This document shows positions 12,710-25,350 of a stretch of DNA of 64,000 bases, piece by piece. The number at the start of each line of letters is the position of its first letter. The stretch's first letter is position 1. Source of the DNA: Azolla caroliniana (taxonomy: Eukaryota > Plantae > Polypodiophyta). Where the stretch lies: assembly GCA_043228905.1 (NCBI GenBank), contig JBHGNT010000014.1:9176001-9240000 (forward strand). Direction: 5' to 3'. The notes beneath the pieces were generated by a model. It had not been told where the DNA came from, ran no database searches, and worked only from the letters and a program-made list of their open reading frames with translations. The position numbers and the translations under genes are program-made.

Positions 12710-15309
12710 ATGGACTGCCAAACGCTGTCTGAAGCCGCTAAGAAATGGCTACGGCAGCACGGTCTGGAGGGTTTCTTAACATTCATGGAGGCGATGCCAC
12801 ACAAGGAGGCCGAAAAGATTATAAAAGAAATCGACACAGAGGTGATCACGGAGGAGGCGATCCGTGCGTTAATAGGCCTTCCGGAGGGAGGCATCTACAC
12901 GATTGATAATCCGACCTCCGAGCAGATCATCAAATATTTCGATGAGTACTCTCTCACCAGCAAGGGCTACAGGACACAAGGCGGCGAAGATATGCTATTC
13001 CACGAAATTGCCCGTGTGCTCCATGAGTTCGGCCACGTGTACTCTCGACCCCCCGTCATGCCTAAGAACCGAGCAGGCTTGATTATCGCAACGTACGAAG
13101 GGGTCAAGGTAGATTAGCCGGTGCTGATTGCCGACGGGCTGTGTACGGCGATTGATATAGTAAGAGGAAAGGACAGCAAGGAAGGTCGGAAAATATGGCA
13201 TGCGGTGACGCAATGGCTCACCCTATTGGCGCCAGCGGTCGAGCCCATCCAAACCAAAAAGCGCGGGAGAGCAACGGATGGCACCCCGAAACCTGCTTCG
13301 AAACGGCAACAATTATTGGCCTCCAAGGCCACCAAAGGGAAGACGGCCGACGCAAAGAAGGGGGCAAAGGAGCACGCCAGCCGAAAGTGGCCAACAGACA
13401 CAAGTGAGGAGACACTGGCACAGCCCCTGAAAAGTCCACTCCACCAACCGGTGCAACAGGAAACGGACACCCTGGTGGCAAGAATGAATGTCGGGACACG
13501 GAAGAAATGGAGGAAGAACCCACGGAGCACCTCCAGAGGCGGCCGGTGAAGAGCATCACTGAATCAGTCGGGAAGCGTTCGGACCCACAGAAGGATGGAA
13601 TGCCTACAACTCACACTGAGCATCCCACGCCAAGGGAGACACCGGAACCGGTTTGGAGGGAACCGGTCACAGAAGTCCCAGCACAACAGGCAGCACCGAC
13701 AAGCCCCGTAACTCAAGAGCCGGATATACAAAGACCAACCGTCCCAGCCGGCCAAGAACAAGCAGACAAGGGGCGACTAGCCGAAACACACTCAGAGCCG
13801 GAACGGCAAAGTGGTCAGCTGGCAGAACCAGAAGCGCAGCTCGACGCAGTAAGGCGGGACCAACCACCGGTGAGTGAACCCATCAACCAACTCTCCGTGC
13901 AAGCGCAACAACAGTGCACCGGCAGCCAATGGCTCTGGTGGATAGGAGACAAAATTGCCGAAGTAGTCGGATGCATAGAGGCGGAGGAAAGAGTGCAAAC
14001 GGAACGGTTGCTCGTCACAACCGATGAACTAGAGACGGCCCGGTCAAGGATCCGGTGCCTCGAACAAGACTTGGATCAGATCACAGGAGACATGGCCAAA
14101 ATGGCCTTAACCACAATGCAGATCCAAGCACCAGTGACTTCGGTTGATGAACAGAGGAATAAGACCCCGGAGCCTCAAACTGTCCCGGAAAAAGATGCGG
14201 CGCAAGCCCAAGAGCTTGCGGAATTACGAGATGAGATCGCCGCAGAAGAAGCATTACAGAGCCGCGAATGCGACTTGAAGAAGGCGGCCGAAGAAGAATT
14301 AAAAAAGAATGCTGAGAACCTTCGCCGGGCAGAGGAAAACCTGTGTAAAGGGCATCATGCTTATGACCGACTGAAGGAGGAAAAAGAGAAATTGCTGCAG
14401 GAAAAAGACAAGCTACGACAGATGGCGGAGACGGAAATCGAGAGGCTGAAGGAAGAGCTCTGTCAACAAAAGAACCGGGAGGACCGCGCACGCTGGTAGA
14501 TCAACCAGAGGCTGAAGCAGAAGACCGATGAGTTCAATCATCTGCATCGGGAATACAAGCATTTGGAGACGGAGTATAAGCAGCAACAGGAACGGATGGC
14601 CGAGCTACGGCAAGAAGTTGATAGGGCCACAACGGCACTCGCCGAAGAATGAGCGGAAAGTTCCAGGCTATTGGAGGAAGCGGCGAATGACCGGATGGAG
14701 CTCTACAAACAGAACCATGAAGACAAGGAAAGAGCGACAATGGTATTACAGAGGTTGCAAACAACCTATCAAAATCAATTGTCGCATTATAGGGAGCAGG
14801 GGGCGGACACGGTTCGGATCATCAAGCAATTGAAGGAAGAGCGACAAGCCGCAGAAAATAAATCACAGATGGGAGCCGAACGGATCCGGTGCATCCTTCA
14901 GTCATGGCTCACTAAGACCAAAAGCTTGATTGACGACAGCTCTATGCGTTGGTGGGCGAAATGGGCGCAGAATACGGCGGAACTCCAATTGCTTAGGGCA
15001 GACGTGGAAAACCGGCGAAAGGAGGGCGACGACTGTTATACGTTGACCTCAGAGGACTTCACCACCATAAGGGATGAGCTGGCCGAAGATTTCACAACCC
15101 TGGCGGATGAACAACTGGTACAGGTCTGGCAGCTCGTAGCTCAACTGGACGACGATCAGCTGGAGGCTCAAATCCAGTTCGAAAGCTATGAGCGGTCTCG
15201 GCTCCGGGAAGAAAAAGCGAGAAAGGCGGCAACGATCAACCTTAGTGATGAGGAACCGTCGCCGGTGCAAGGACCAGATGGGGACCAAGCCAGGGTCAGT
15301 CAGCCATAG
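12710..15309 (+). pseudogene. Accessory ORF of gypsy C1: conserved N-terminal globular domain, low-complexity linker, long coiled coil
   Basis: ORF pieces 12710-13117, 13121-13549, 13507-14499 and 14671-15309; the N-terminal ~150 aa aligns nearly ungapped by eye with 22127-22600. Confidence 0.7.
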
Positions 15310-15531
15310 ACAACTCCGACAGAGGAACCAACGAAGGAAACGTCGGTGCTAGAGCAACAAATGGAGCCACAGCCACAAACGGAACAGCAGCAACAGCCAC
15401 AGCAGCAGCAACAGATTCCTGACGAGCCATTGGAAATTTTGGAGTAAAGCATTTTGGACATTTTGGACGAAGCATAAATGGGCCGGATAATGGGTTCGAC
15501 GTACAAGGTACTGTCCCACGGGCGTGCCATG

Positions 15532-15957
15532 TGTTACCGGTTGGCAAGAAGGCTTAAGGAGGTCCAAATCAGAGTGTGAAAAGGAATAGTTTATTTGGGA
15601 ACTATTGTAATTAGTAATTTTAATATAGATATTAATATAGGAGAAGATGTGGATGGACGGACCAGAATCAGTATGCCGATCCGGATCCGGACCGATCCCG
15701 TAAAGGTGCTAGTTGGCACCGTTTTGTATTTCGCACCGGAGACCTATATAAAGGCCCGGTTACAATGTAATCATGAGCGGATAATTAATAGAGCTTATTG
15801 TCTTAATCTTCCAGTGTTGATTACCGTTCTGTATTCATTGTTATATCTTACGCGTGTTAATTACGGATTGCTAAGTAACCAATTAAGGTCTAATTAAGCA
15901 TTGTGCCGTAAGTCATTCTACCGTACCACCCTTTGGTGAAGTGTCTTGAGTGGACAC
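15532..15957 (+). repeat. Left part of C1 3' LTR (continues at 25356-25391)
   Basis: Starts TGTTACC 2 nt after the tRNA-like motif; TATATAAA ~15746. Confidence 0.65.
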
Positions 15958-16399
15958 TGTTGTCCGCCGGAATAGTAACCGACGGCCAAAAGCGTAGGAA
16001 TAAGAAACTATATAAAGCGTAATGTATGTAACGGTTCACGCGGGGAAGCGTGAACGGCTAATTAGACCCTGCATATATAAAGGGCAGAAAACCTCGTAAG
16101 GAGGTGCGTGTAAGTTTTGGGAAATGTAAAAGAACGCCTGATAATAGAATACTATCTTCTCTGAGTTTTTGTGTATAGCTACGGCTAATTCAGTGTCTAT
16201 GTCTCGGATACGTAATCGTAGTAGTACGTAAGCGCAACCCGTGATAAGGAGTCGGTTGTAGCCGTCTCCCCTTACACACGAAGGAATCACAGAGGTTCTC
16301 TCCTTACGTAGTACGATTAAGCTCTGTTCGTTGTTCGACACCCACCTTGGGGTCTAGGTCGAAGGACTGACCACAGACCGTGTTTCCTAAGGGGCAACA
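15958..16399 (+). repeat. C2 5' LTR
   Basis: Direct repeat of 24909-25350. Confidence 0.95.
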
Positions 16400-16403
16400 C
16401 TTT

Positions 16404-16417
16404 TGGCACGCTTGGTG
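16404..16417 (+). promoter_or_regulatory. Primer binding site, probably tRNA-Arg
   Basis: TGGCACGCTTGGTG 4 nt after the LTR; resembles the complement of the recalled plant tRNA-Arg(UCU) 3' end (TGGCACGCCCGGTG) with two C>T changes. Confidence 0.7.
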
Positions 16418-16454
16418 ATTTGTGTTTTCCTCACAGACGAGCAACAACGAATGG

Positions 16455-19400
16455 ATGTTTAGCCGCAGACGACTCAGAGAACCAACAAGACAAGACCGGC
16501 CAATAACAAGGTCCGTCACATGCTAGGCAGAAGAACGCGCTCGGCAAAAGCCGCGCATCAGCGACCCCAGTAATACCTACCAGGAGTGCAAAGAGGATTC
16601 CTTGCTCCCCAAATACCTCAACGAGGCGAGGGGACCAAGCTTAACGCAGCCTCCCGGTGACCTTCTCCGATCCGCCGTAGCTCCCACGATGGCCTTTGCC
16701 TACCCCCGCTTTAACGGCGAAACCGACGCCGCAACTCATGTTCGCATGTTCTTAAACATTTTGAATGTGAACCACATGGCACAGAACCTTTCCGAGACGG
16801 TGGCACACCAGTCGAAAATGACGGAGTTCGGATTAACATTAGATGGGCGTGTGGCGTTCTGGCATTCACAAATGGATTTACCGGCCATAACAACCTTCGA
16901 TCAGCTCCAGTCCGCCTTCTTGCGTTTTTTCCACCGGAGGGTTCCACAACGCGAGATTCTCGGGCAGTTTTATACAATTAAGCAACTACCGACCAAGACA
17001 ATAGCAGACTTCAGCTTACGGTTCCAAAATTTACGACGGAAACTGGATCGAAGCCCTGCGGAGGAGGAGGCATGGGAGACATTTCTGGCAGCGTCACGCC
17101 GACCCATCAGGGCAACGCTCAACATCAATAGCGTGAAAGGGGAAACGACGGATATGGTGTTTGAACGAGCGTTACAACTCGAGTTGGATGACGAGGAGGA
17201 GAGGTTTTCGATGTCATCCTTACGACAAGCGTTACCTCAGGATGAGGAACACCAATTTCGTCAGGCAATCCAGTGCACGATTTTCTTGAACTCGGGGCAT
17301 TCCGCGGTGGAGTGCAATATGCGAATCCACTGCCCAATCTGCCACTCGAAGGTTCACACAGTCGACCAATGCGAGTACAATATGTTAAATAGAGCCACGC
17401 CCGCGGTCTGCAGCATGGACACACAGCGGCAACCACATCGGGTGGAACAAAGGAGGCAAGAAGACCAACCCCGGTATAAGGATCGCAACCCGCGGGAGGA
17501 CAGGTACAACCGGAATCGCCAGAATCACAACGAGTCCGAGGAGGAGGACGAGGATTATCGTGGACATCCGAGTTATGCCAAAGGAGGTCGACGATACGAA
17601 CATCAACGCCCGATGAACAAAAGAGGCGGCTTCAATGGCTATCGAGGTAAGCCTCGACAATATAGGGATCACCGGCGTTACGACGAAAGCTCGGGAGATG
17701 AGTGGCACCAGGAACAACAACGGGATCAACAACAGCCACCGCGTACGTCCCGACAAACAAGGCCGGACCGCGAAGAGCAAGTAGCGCCCGGAGAACTGCA
17801 CACTCCACCTGGGGCTGAGAAGGGAGAATCAAGCATCCACTGTTTTATTTGTCAGCAACCCGGACATTATGCCACAAACTGCCCAGCACGCAAGGGAAAG
17901 GGGCCCGCCGTCAACACGATTACGGCGGAGGTGCAACAAGTCACGACACGCCAGCAAACGAAAACGGCGGATTTGGCGGCGCAGGACGAGGTACGACAAC
18001 AAGTCCAAGCCTGGGTGGAGAAAGCAAACGCGACCAATATGGAACGTATGAGGCAGGAGTCCGCGAATGCAATGAAGCGAACAGAGAACGAAAAACCGGG
18101 GCCGGACCCCATTTGGCAAGTGTTAACGGGCTGTGAAATCATGCTAGCTATGGAAAAACTGCTACAATTAGTTCCACGTTTCCGCCAGACCATGGAAGCA
18201 CAAGTGGCGAGCATGACCGGGGAGAGCGTTGCCACAAACCCGACTGACGTCAGCGAGGGACCACCAGTGGTAGATCAGCCCAACCTGGCCATTACAGTAA
18301 TATTGCACGGACAGGAAGTCCTTGGATGTGTAATCGACGGCGGCTCAGGCGTCAATGTGATTAGCGCGAAAACTTGCGAACAGTTGGGCATTTCCGAATG
18401 GGAGGTGTGTCCATTCTGGCTTCGCATGGCAGATACCCGATCAGTGCAGTCGTTGGGGCTAATTCGCAAAATAGGCATCATCGTGGGTGGACACCGCTTC
18501 GACATATTGGCGGTCGTCCTCGCTTTGGACACGCCAGGAGCGTACCCAGTGCTTCTGGGTAGACCATGGCTTCGGATAGCAAATATCAAGCAGAGCTGGC
18601 AACACGAGTGTATTAGTTTCCGGCAGGGACGCATCAAGGTTTGTGTTCCTACGGAAGGCAACACGCCCCAACCTAAGGGGATAACACCGTTATATGCGGA
18701 AGATATCAATATGCTGGCTAGGGTGGAGGATGCCAAATTGGAAGCGTACCTTGACGAACACCCTCGGATTATTCCGCTGTTCGAGATAGATGTCATTGCA
18801 ACTACGGGAGAATATACTACGGCCATTGTACCGAGCGAAGAGCCGTACGAACCAAACCTACAGTCCATATTGGAACTCAGCAGAGCACGGGCGGCCTTCG
18901 AAAGGGAAATGGAGATTTCATGACGGGTCACCGCTTCCGCTCTCGACGAAGTGAATGTGGGTACGAGATCGGAACCTTGGTTCCTCTCCATAGCAAAGGA
19001 ATTGAGGCTGGACCAGAGAACCACAATGATCGCACTACTCACAGAATATAAAGATGTGTTCGCATGGGCTCATGAGGACATGAAGGGGTTAGATCCCAAG
19101 TTCTATCAGCATAAGATCAATTTAGCAACGGACGCGAAACCTGTCCAGCAGCATCGCTACCGCATGAACCCCAATTACGCGACCCGCGTGAAAGAAGAAA
19201 TTGACAAGCTGTTGAGGGCTGGGTTCATACGGCCAGTAAAACAAGCGACATGGCTTAGCCCGATAGTGGTTGTCCCAAAGAAAAACGGCAAAATACGGGT
19301 ATGCGTGGATTACCGGAAATTAAACGCCGTAACCATTACGGACGCATTTCCCTTACCCTTCACTGATAGCGTGCTGGACGCCGTCGCAGGCCATGAGATG

Positions 19401-21803
19401 TACAGTTTCTTAGATGGCTTCAGTGGCTATAACCAAGTACGCATGCACCCCGACGACCAGGAGAAGACGACATTTGTCACGGATTGGGGAGTATATGTGG
19501 CGGTCGTCATGATGTTCGGGCTAAAGACAACACCGGCAACATTCCAATGAACGATTACGGAGATCTTTGGGGAATACATTCCGGCGTTCATGCAAGTCTT
19601 TTTAGACGATTTTGCGGTATATGGGCGAACAAAAGACCATTTCTCGCACTTACGTCTCTGCCTGGAATGTTGCCGCACTGCACGCTTAAGCCTGAATCCC
19701 GCGAAATGTGCATTTGGCGTGACCAACGAGGCTCTCCTAGGCCACATAGTCAGCAAGGAAGGAATAGCGGTCGACCCAAACAAGATCTCCGCTATTACGC
19801 AAGCTAAAACTCCGACAAATGCCAAAGCCCTTAGCCGGTTTTTGGGCCAAATACGGTGGCATAGTCGGATGATACGGTATTTGGCGGACTTCGCCACGCC
19901 ACTACACGTTGCCGTACATCAGACTCCTTTCCAATGGACAGCAACAGAGGATAAGGCATATGAGGCACTTAAGATAATGCTCACACAGGCCCCCGTAGTA
20001 CAACCTCCAGTTTGGGCGAAACCATTTCACGTGTTCGTCGACGCCTCGGACACAGCAATAGGAAGCGCGCTAATGCAACTCACCGAACCAAACTGGTACA
20101 AGCCAGTATACTATGCAAGTCGTAAATTATCAGCAGCAGAGCATAACTATTCCACAACAGAGCGGGAGGCGCTAGGGATGATCTATAGCATCAATAAATT
20201 CCGAATTTATTTACTAGGACGGAAATTCACGTTCCACGTGGATCATTCGGCATTATTGTATTTGGTAGAGAAACAAGCCCTGACAGGGAAATTGGCGCGG
20301 TGGATGCTGCTGCTCCAGGAATTCGAGTTCGTAATTCAGCACCAGCCAGGGACGCAACACGCAGTGGCGGATTTTTTGAGTAGACTCGAGAATGGAGAAA
20401 CAGTACAGAAAGACGATGACGATTTTCTGGACGCCGACATCTGGCGAGTAGCGACATTTGCAGAAAAAACGGAATCCACCTTTCCAGATCGATGGCTTAT
20501 GGAAATGACGTACTTTTTGACTACAGGACTACCTCCACCACAATTACGCACAGACGAGAAGAAACGACTAGTTGTCCGAAGCCGTCACTTATGCCTGGTC
20601 GAAGGGTATTTATATCACAAAGGAAGTGACGGCATTTGGCGACGTGGAGTCCGTCAGGATGAAAAAGAAGCCGTTTTACGGGAGGCACACTGCGGCACGG
20701 CCGACGGCCATTACGCAGGCAACGTGACAGCCCGCAAAGTATGGCAGGCGGGCTTATGGTGGCCAACAACACAGAAGGACACCTCCAAGTATTGTAGAAA
20801 GTGTGATTTGTGCCAGCGGATGGGTCAGCCCGTGGAGGACGCAAGGATGCCACACCAGCCTGTATTACCACTGGACCCCTTCCAAAAGTGGGGATTGGAT
20901 TTTGTGGGGCCCTTGACACCAATAGCAGCCCGTACGGGTAACAAATACATATTGGTAGCCACGGATTACTGTACCAAATAGGTAGAAGCAAAGGCACTAT
21001 GGGAAAATACGGCGGCCGTTACAGCCAAATTTCTGTATGAGCACATCTGGTGCCGGTTCGGCTGCCCGATTGAGCTCATCAGTGACCAGGGGAGCCACTT
21101 CCTCAATACTGTGGTTCGGGAACTAACACAACATTACGCAGTCGTCCACAAGAAAAGCACGCCATACTACCCGCAGTCGAATGGATTAGCGGAATCCACG
21201 AACAAAACTTTACAGACCATTTTAAAGAAAACCGTCAATGAAAACAGAACGGACTGGGATACCAAACTCCAGAGTGCGTTATGGGCGTACAGAACTCGTT
21301 ACAAAACAAGCATACGGTCAACACCGTTCCGGCTAGCGTTTGGACTAGAAGCGGTAATGCCGGTCGAATTTCGGGTACCTAGTTTGCGCATTCAAGTACG
21401 GAACCGATTATCAGAAGCCAAGTCAGAGGAGGAACGGCTCTACCAACTCCTCGAACTAGGGGAGAAACGCGTCCACAACATGGTTGTGTTGGAAGAAGAA
21501 CATCGACGGCGTAAAGCATTTGTCGATCAACATCGGAGCACAAGGGAAAAGGAGTTCGCTGTGGGCCGAGCGGTGCTAGTTTTTCAAACACGCATGGGCC
21601 AGATGCCGCGTAAGCTATGTTTCAGTTGGACCAGCCCATACTGGATAATTGGAGCGGAACAGGGTACGTTCCAACTAGGAACACTGGCTGGAGAAATGGT
21701 ACGGCAAAAAGTGAATGGGTTTCAGCTCAAACCTTACCTGGGCCCTACACCACTTAACCCATTCACCGCCGAATGGGACAAAGCCGGAGAACCCGCAGCA
21801 TAA
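16455..21803 (+). pseudogene. C2 gag-pol, single reading frame with a few in-frame stops
   Basis: One frame throughout: gag with CCHC knuckles, protease VIDGGS, RT FLDDF, RNase H DASD, integrase HHCC and KWGLDF; stops at 16524, 18921, 19548, 20979. Confidence 0.92.
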
Positions 21804-22126
21804 AAGGGACAGGCCCAACTGTATTATAATGTAAAAATAGGGGGTAACTAACCGTTAGGAAAAGTAAAAAAAGAAACAGAAAGAAGATAGCGACTATTAA
21901 AACGACTAAAGGCATGCACAAAATCCTAGTTCAAGAACACGCGGCACCACGATGGCTCACCGCCCAAGGAACCCTAAGCCACAAAAAGAAGAAAATAGAA
22001 GTTTTTCTGCACATAGCGTCTAGCTATCAGCGCCCCCATCGCTCCTCCTCACCTTCTTCCCCATCACATCTCAGAGCTCCAACTCACCACTGCTACCCGT
22101 CGCCTCTCCACGAACCTACTTTGGCG

Positions 22127-24861
22127 ATGCCGATCTTCATCTCTACTGCCCTACGCCGATGGCTCGTGGAGAAGCGCTTGGATGGTTATATTCGGGTCGC
22201 CGAAGCACCTCCGCACCCGGACGCCATTGACATCGCCAGGCGGCTTAACATCGACACGGTCACAAACTCTTCCATTCGGAAGAAGTTAGACCTATCCTCA
22301 CTAGGCGAAAGACATTTCGAAATACCTCCTACAGAGGTGCTACAACGGTATTTTGGCCCATACTCATCCTCCGCCAAAGCCTATAGAACAAAACAGATTC
22401 TGAATCCCTTCTTCCGTGAAGTGGCCAAGTTCCTACTGGAAGTAGGCTGCGTCCATGTCAATGCTTACGGGATGCCTAAACAGAAGGCGGGCATCATTAT
22501 CGACACCTTTGAGGGGCGTACAGTCAACTGGGGGGTCATTACAGGGCCGACGTTAAGGGAAGGCTTGCATGCGTACCAAGCAGGCAAAAAGCTCAGGCCA
22601 ATCATCCAACAATACCTTACGGTACTATTTCCACCCCGAGGCCTACCAGCACCACAGCTCAGCAACCAAGCCACAGCCCCGCCCCGCTCCGCGAAACGCA
22701 GGTTAGCGGCCCCAGAGTGGGAGGAGGAACCCCAACCGGCCCAACCAGACCCAAGGACAACACCTCCGACCGACCAACCGGATACACGGGCGACGCAGGA
22801 GGAACATCCGAGACATCCCATGGAGGCAGCCCCAGAACCAGACACCGAAGCATGGGGGGAAATCCCTAGACCCAAACGGCGCAGAATGGATAGAAAGGAT
22901 GGGCGGGGGTTGGTAAAAAACGCCCCCACAGATCCGGAGGCACCGACTGCAAGCGAAGGCCCCGCAACAGCAGAGCCGAATACCACCTTCAAAATCATCC
23001 GGGAGCCGCGGTCGATTATTACGACTCAGTCCTAGCGAGGGAAAGCCGTATTGATGGTGGAAAGCGAGGTTTTGGCATATCCGAATATTCCGGATACGGC
23101 CCACGTATTCAGCGCTCTCTTGTAGTTCGGTACCTCTTTCGAGCTCATGGAGTTCCTGGCAACACAACAGGTCAAAGCCGCCTAACGCATGGCCGTGGAG
23201 CATGCGGAACGATAGATGATAGAGCGCGCCCTAACACAAACAACGGAGAGCGACGATGAGGACCAACTAGCCAGGGTCGGCAGACAGAGGAACGCTGGGG
23301 TACGGCGAGTAGGGATGGAGATACCACCCTTAAACATGGCCCTAGTCGAAGTCCATCGGGAACTGGCAAAGGTCAGCACGGGCACCAAGGAGATGGCCAT
23401 AAAAAATAAGAATGTCTGGAAGAAGGTTAAACTGACCGAAGCCGAACTACAAAAGGCCAACGCATGCATCGCGGAGTTAGAAGCTCATACGACTACGGCG
23501 CAACACGAAACCCCGCCACCGAACCATGTTATCGACGCTCTCAAAGAAGAAATCGAGGCTCAGACCGCCATCGCCTCAAAAGCAAAAAGGGTCATGCAGC
23601 TAGCGGAATCCGAAATTGATCGTCAATCCTCCGATAGAGAAAAGGAGATACGGGCTAACGGACGAAAGGCCGTAAAAACGCTGGAAGAGAAACTAGCTAC
23701 GGAGGTGGCTCACCACATCCAGACAAAAGACGACAACGCCCAATTACGAGAGGACGCGAAGAAATCAGAGTCGGCAATAGCGGGACTTCGGGCCTTATTA
23801 GAGAAAAAGAAGGTATGGTTCGATGAACAGTTGGTAGTCGAACAAGACAGAAGGCATCAACTCGAAATCCGCCTAAACAATGAAATGGGGAAATTAGAAA
23901 AACAGCATGAAAAGGAATCCCAGCTGTGGTCGGGCCTGAAGGCCACGTATGAGGAAGCGGCAGCCGTTAAACAGCAGGAAATCGTGAATCTCCAGAGTCG
24001 ATGGAAGACGCACGCAACCGCTGCCAGGCCATCACGGATAACGTGCGCATCCTTCTCCAAACCGACCGGGAAAGGTTCACAGCGCAATTGAAAACAGCGT
24101 TGGACAAAGGATAGATGTCGTGGGCAACCCAAGCAGCGGAATTGCACGCGTATCGTGCGGACTAGGAGAACCGGCGGAAAGACGGCCGAGGGTTTTATAA
24201 GCTAAACGAGGAGAGCATTGCGACCGTACGGGAGGACCTAGCGCAAGACTATCACGCGTTAGCAGACCCACACTCTGAAGAACTCGCACAACTCCTAGAT
24301 GATTTTGGTGAAAGTCAAGAGGAGCTATTTCACCAAATCACACAAACCGGCAACACGCACACAAACGAGGAACCCAGCGAGACACCAATTCCGGTCACAG
24401 CCGAAGAAGAGGAACCTCAGGACCGATCACCAGCGAGGACAACGGGGGAGAATAGCGGGGACGAACGAGTGAAGTTCCCCACAAGACCAGACGGCGAAAC
24501 GATTAACCAACAAAAGGTCCAGCCCACACCATCTTCAGAAAACGCGGAAAAGAGTGCGGACCAGGCGGAATCCCCGCCCCACGCCTAGGGACACACAAAA
24601 ACGGCCAACACCGTGGAGGACGTAACAATAGAGGCGGAGCAACAGCCGACTGCAAGCACGCTACCGGCAGAGCCCAGGCCACGAACTCAAGAAGAGCCCA
24701 CCGTACCCGGACCACCCGCGCACGGCGAAGGCGACTCCGGGAGAAACCAGGCCGACCATGCAGAGGAGCCGCACCATGATGCACCTACGACCCCTACATC
24801 AACTCCGGCCGAGGACACCACAACAGAGCCGAACATCCGGGGCATTTTGGAAGAAGATTAA
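22127..24861 (+). pseudogene. Accessory ORF of gypsy C2 (globular N-terminus, Pro-rich linker, coiled coil, acidic tail)
   Basis: ORF pieces 22127-23035, 23216-24091 and 24613-24861 lie between integrase and the 3' LTR. Confidence 0.7.
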
Positions 24862-24908
24862 TGGGATGGGTCCAACGTGCAAAGGCACTGTCCCACAGGC
24901 GTGCTAGG

Positions 24909-25350
24909 TGTTGTCCGCCGGAATAGTAACCGACGGCCAAAAGCGTAGGAATAAGAAACTATATAAAGCGTAATGTATGTAACGGTTCACGCGGGGAAGC
25001 GTGAACAGCTAATTAGACCCTGCATATATAAAAGGCAGAAAACCTCGTAAGGAGGTGCGTGTAAGTTTTGGGAAATGTAAAAGAACGCATGATAATAGAA
25101 TATTATCTTCTCTGAGTTTCTGTGTATAGCTACGGCTAATTCAGTGTCTGTGTCTCGGATACGTAATCGTAGTAGTACGTAAGCACAACCCATGATAAGG
25201 AGTCGGTTGTAGCCGTCTCCCCTTACACACAGAGGAATCACAGAGGTTCTCTTCTTACGTAGTACGATTAAGCTTTTTTCGTTGTTCCACACCCACCTTG
25301 GGGTCTAGGTCGAACGACTGACCACGGACCGTGTTTCCTAAGGGGCAACA
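24909..25350 (+). repeat. C2 3' LTR
   Basis: Direct repeat of 15958-16399. Confidence 0.95.

Larger units (their letters stand above)
15958..25350 (+). mobile_element. Full-length non-chromovirus Ty3/gypsy element C2 (9.4 kb) with 5-bp TSD GACAC
   Basis: 442-bp LTRs at 15958-16399 and 24909-25350 (TGTTG...CAACA, ~16 mismatches counted by eye); GACAC at 15953-15957 and 25351-25355; gag-pol plus accessory ORF. Confidence 0.95.

Noticed and set aside
15481-15529. A real tRNA-Arg gene
   Set aside because: Only the T-arm and acceptor 3' strand are present, with an insertion and an encoded CCA; there is no anticodon arm.
16036-16341. Duplicated 101-aa antisense ORF (also 24987-25292)
   Set aside because: It lies in the paired LTRs, so the duplication is explained by LTR identity; no recognisable domain.
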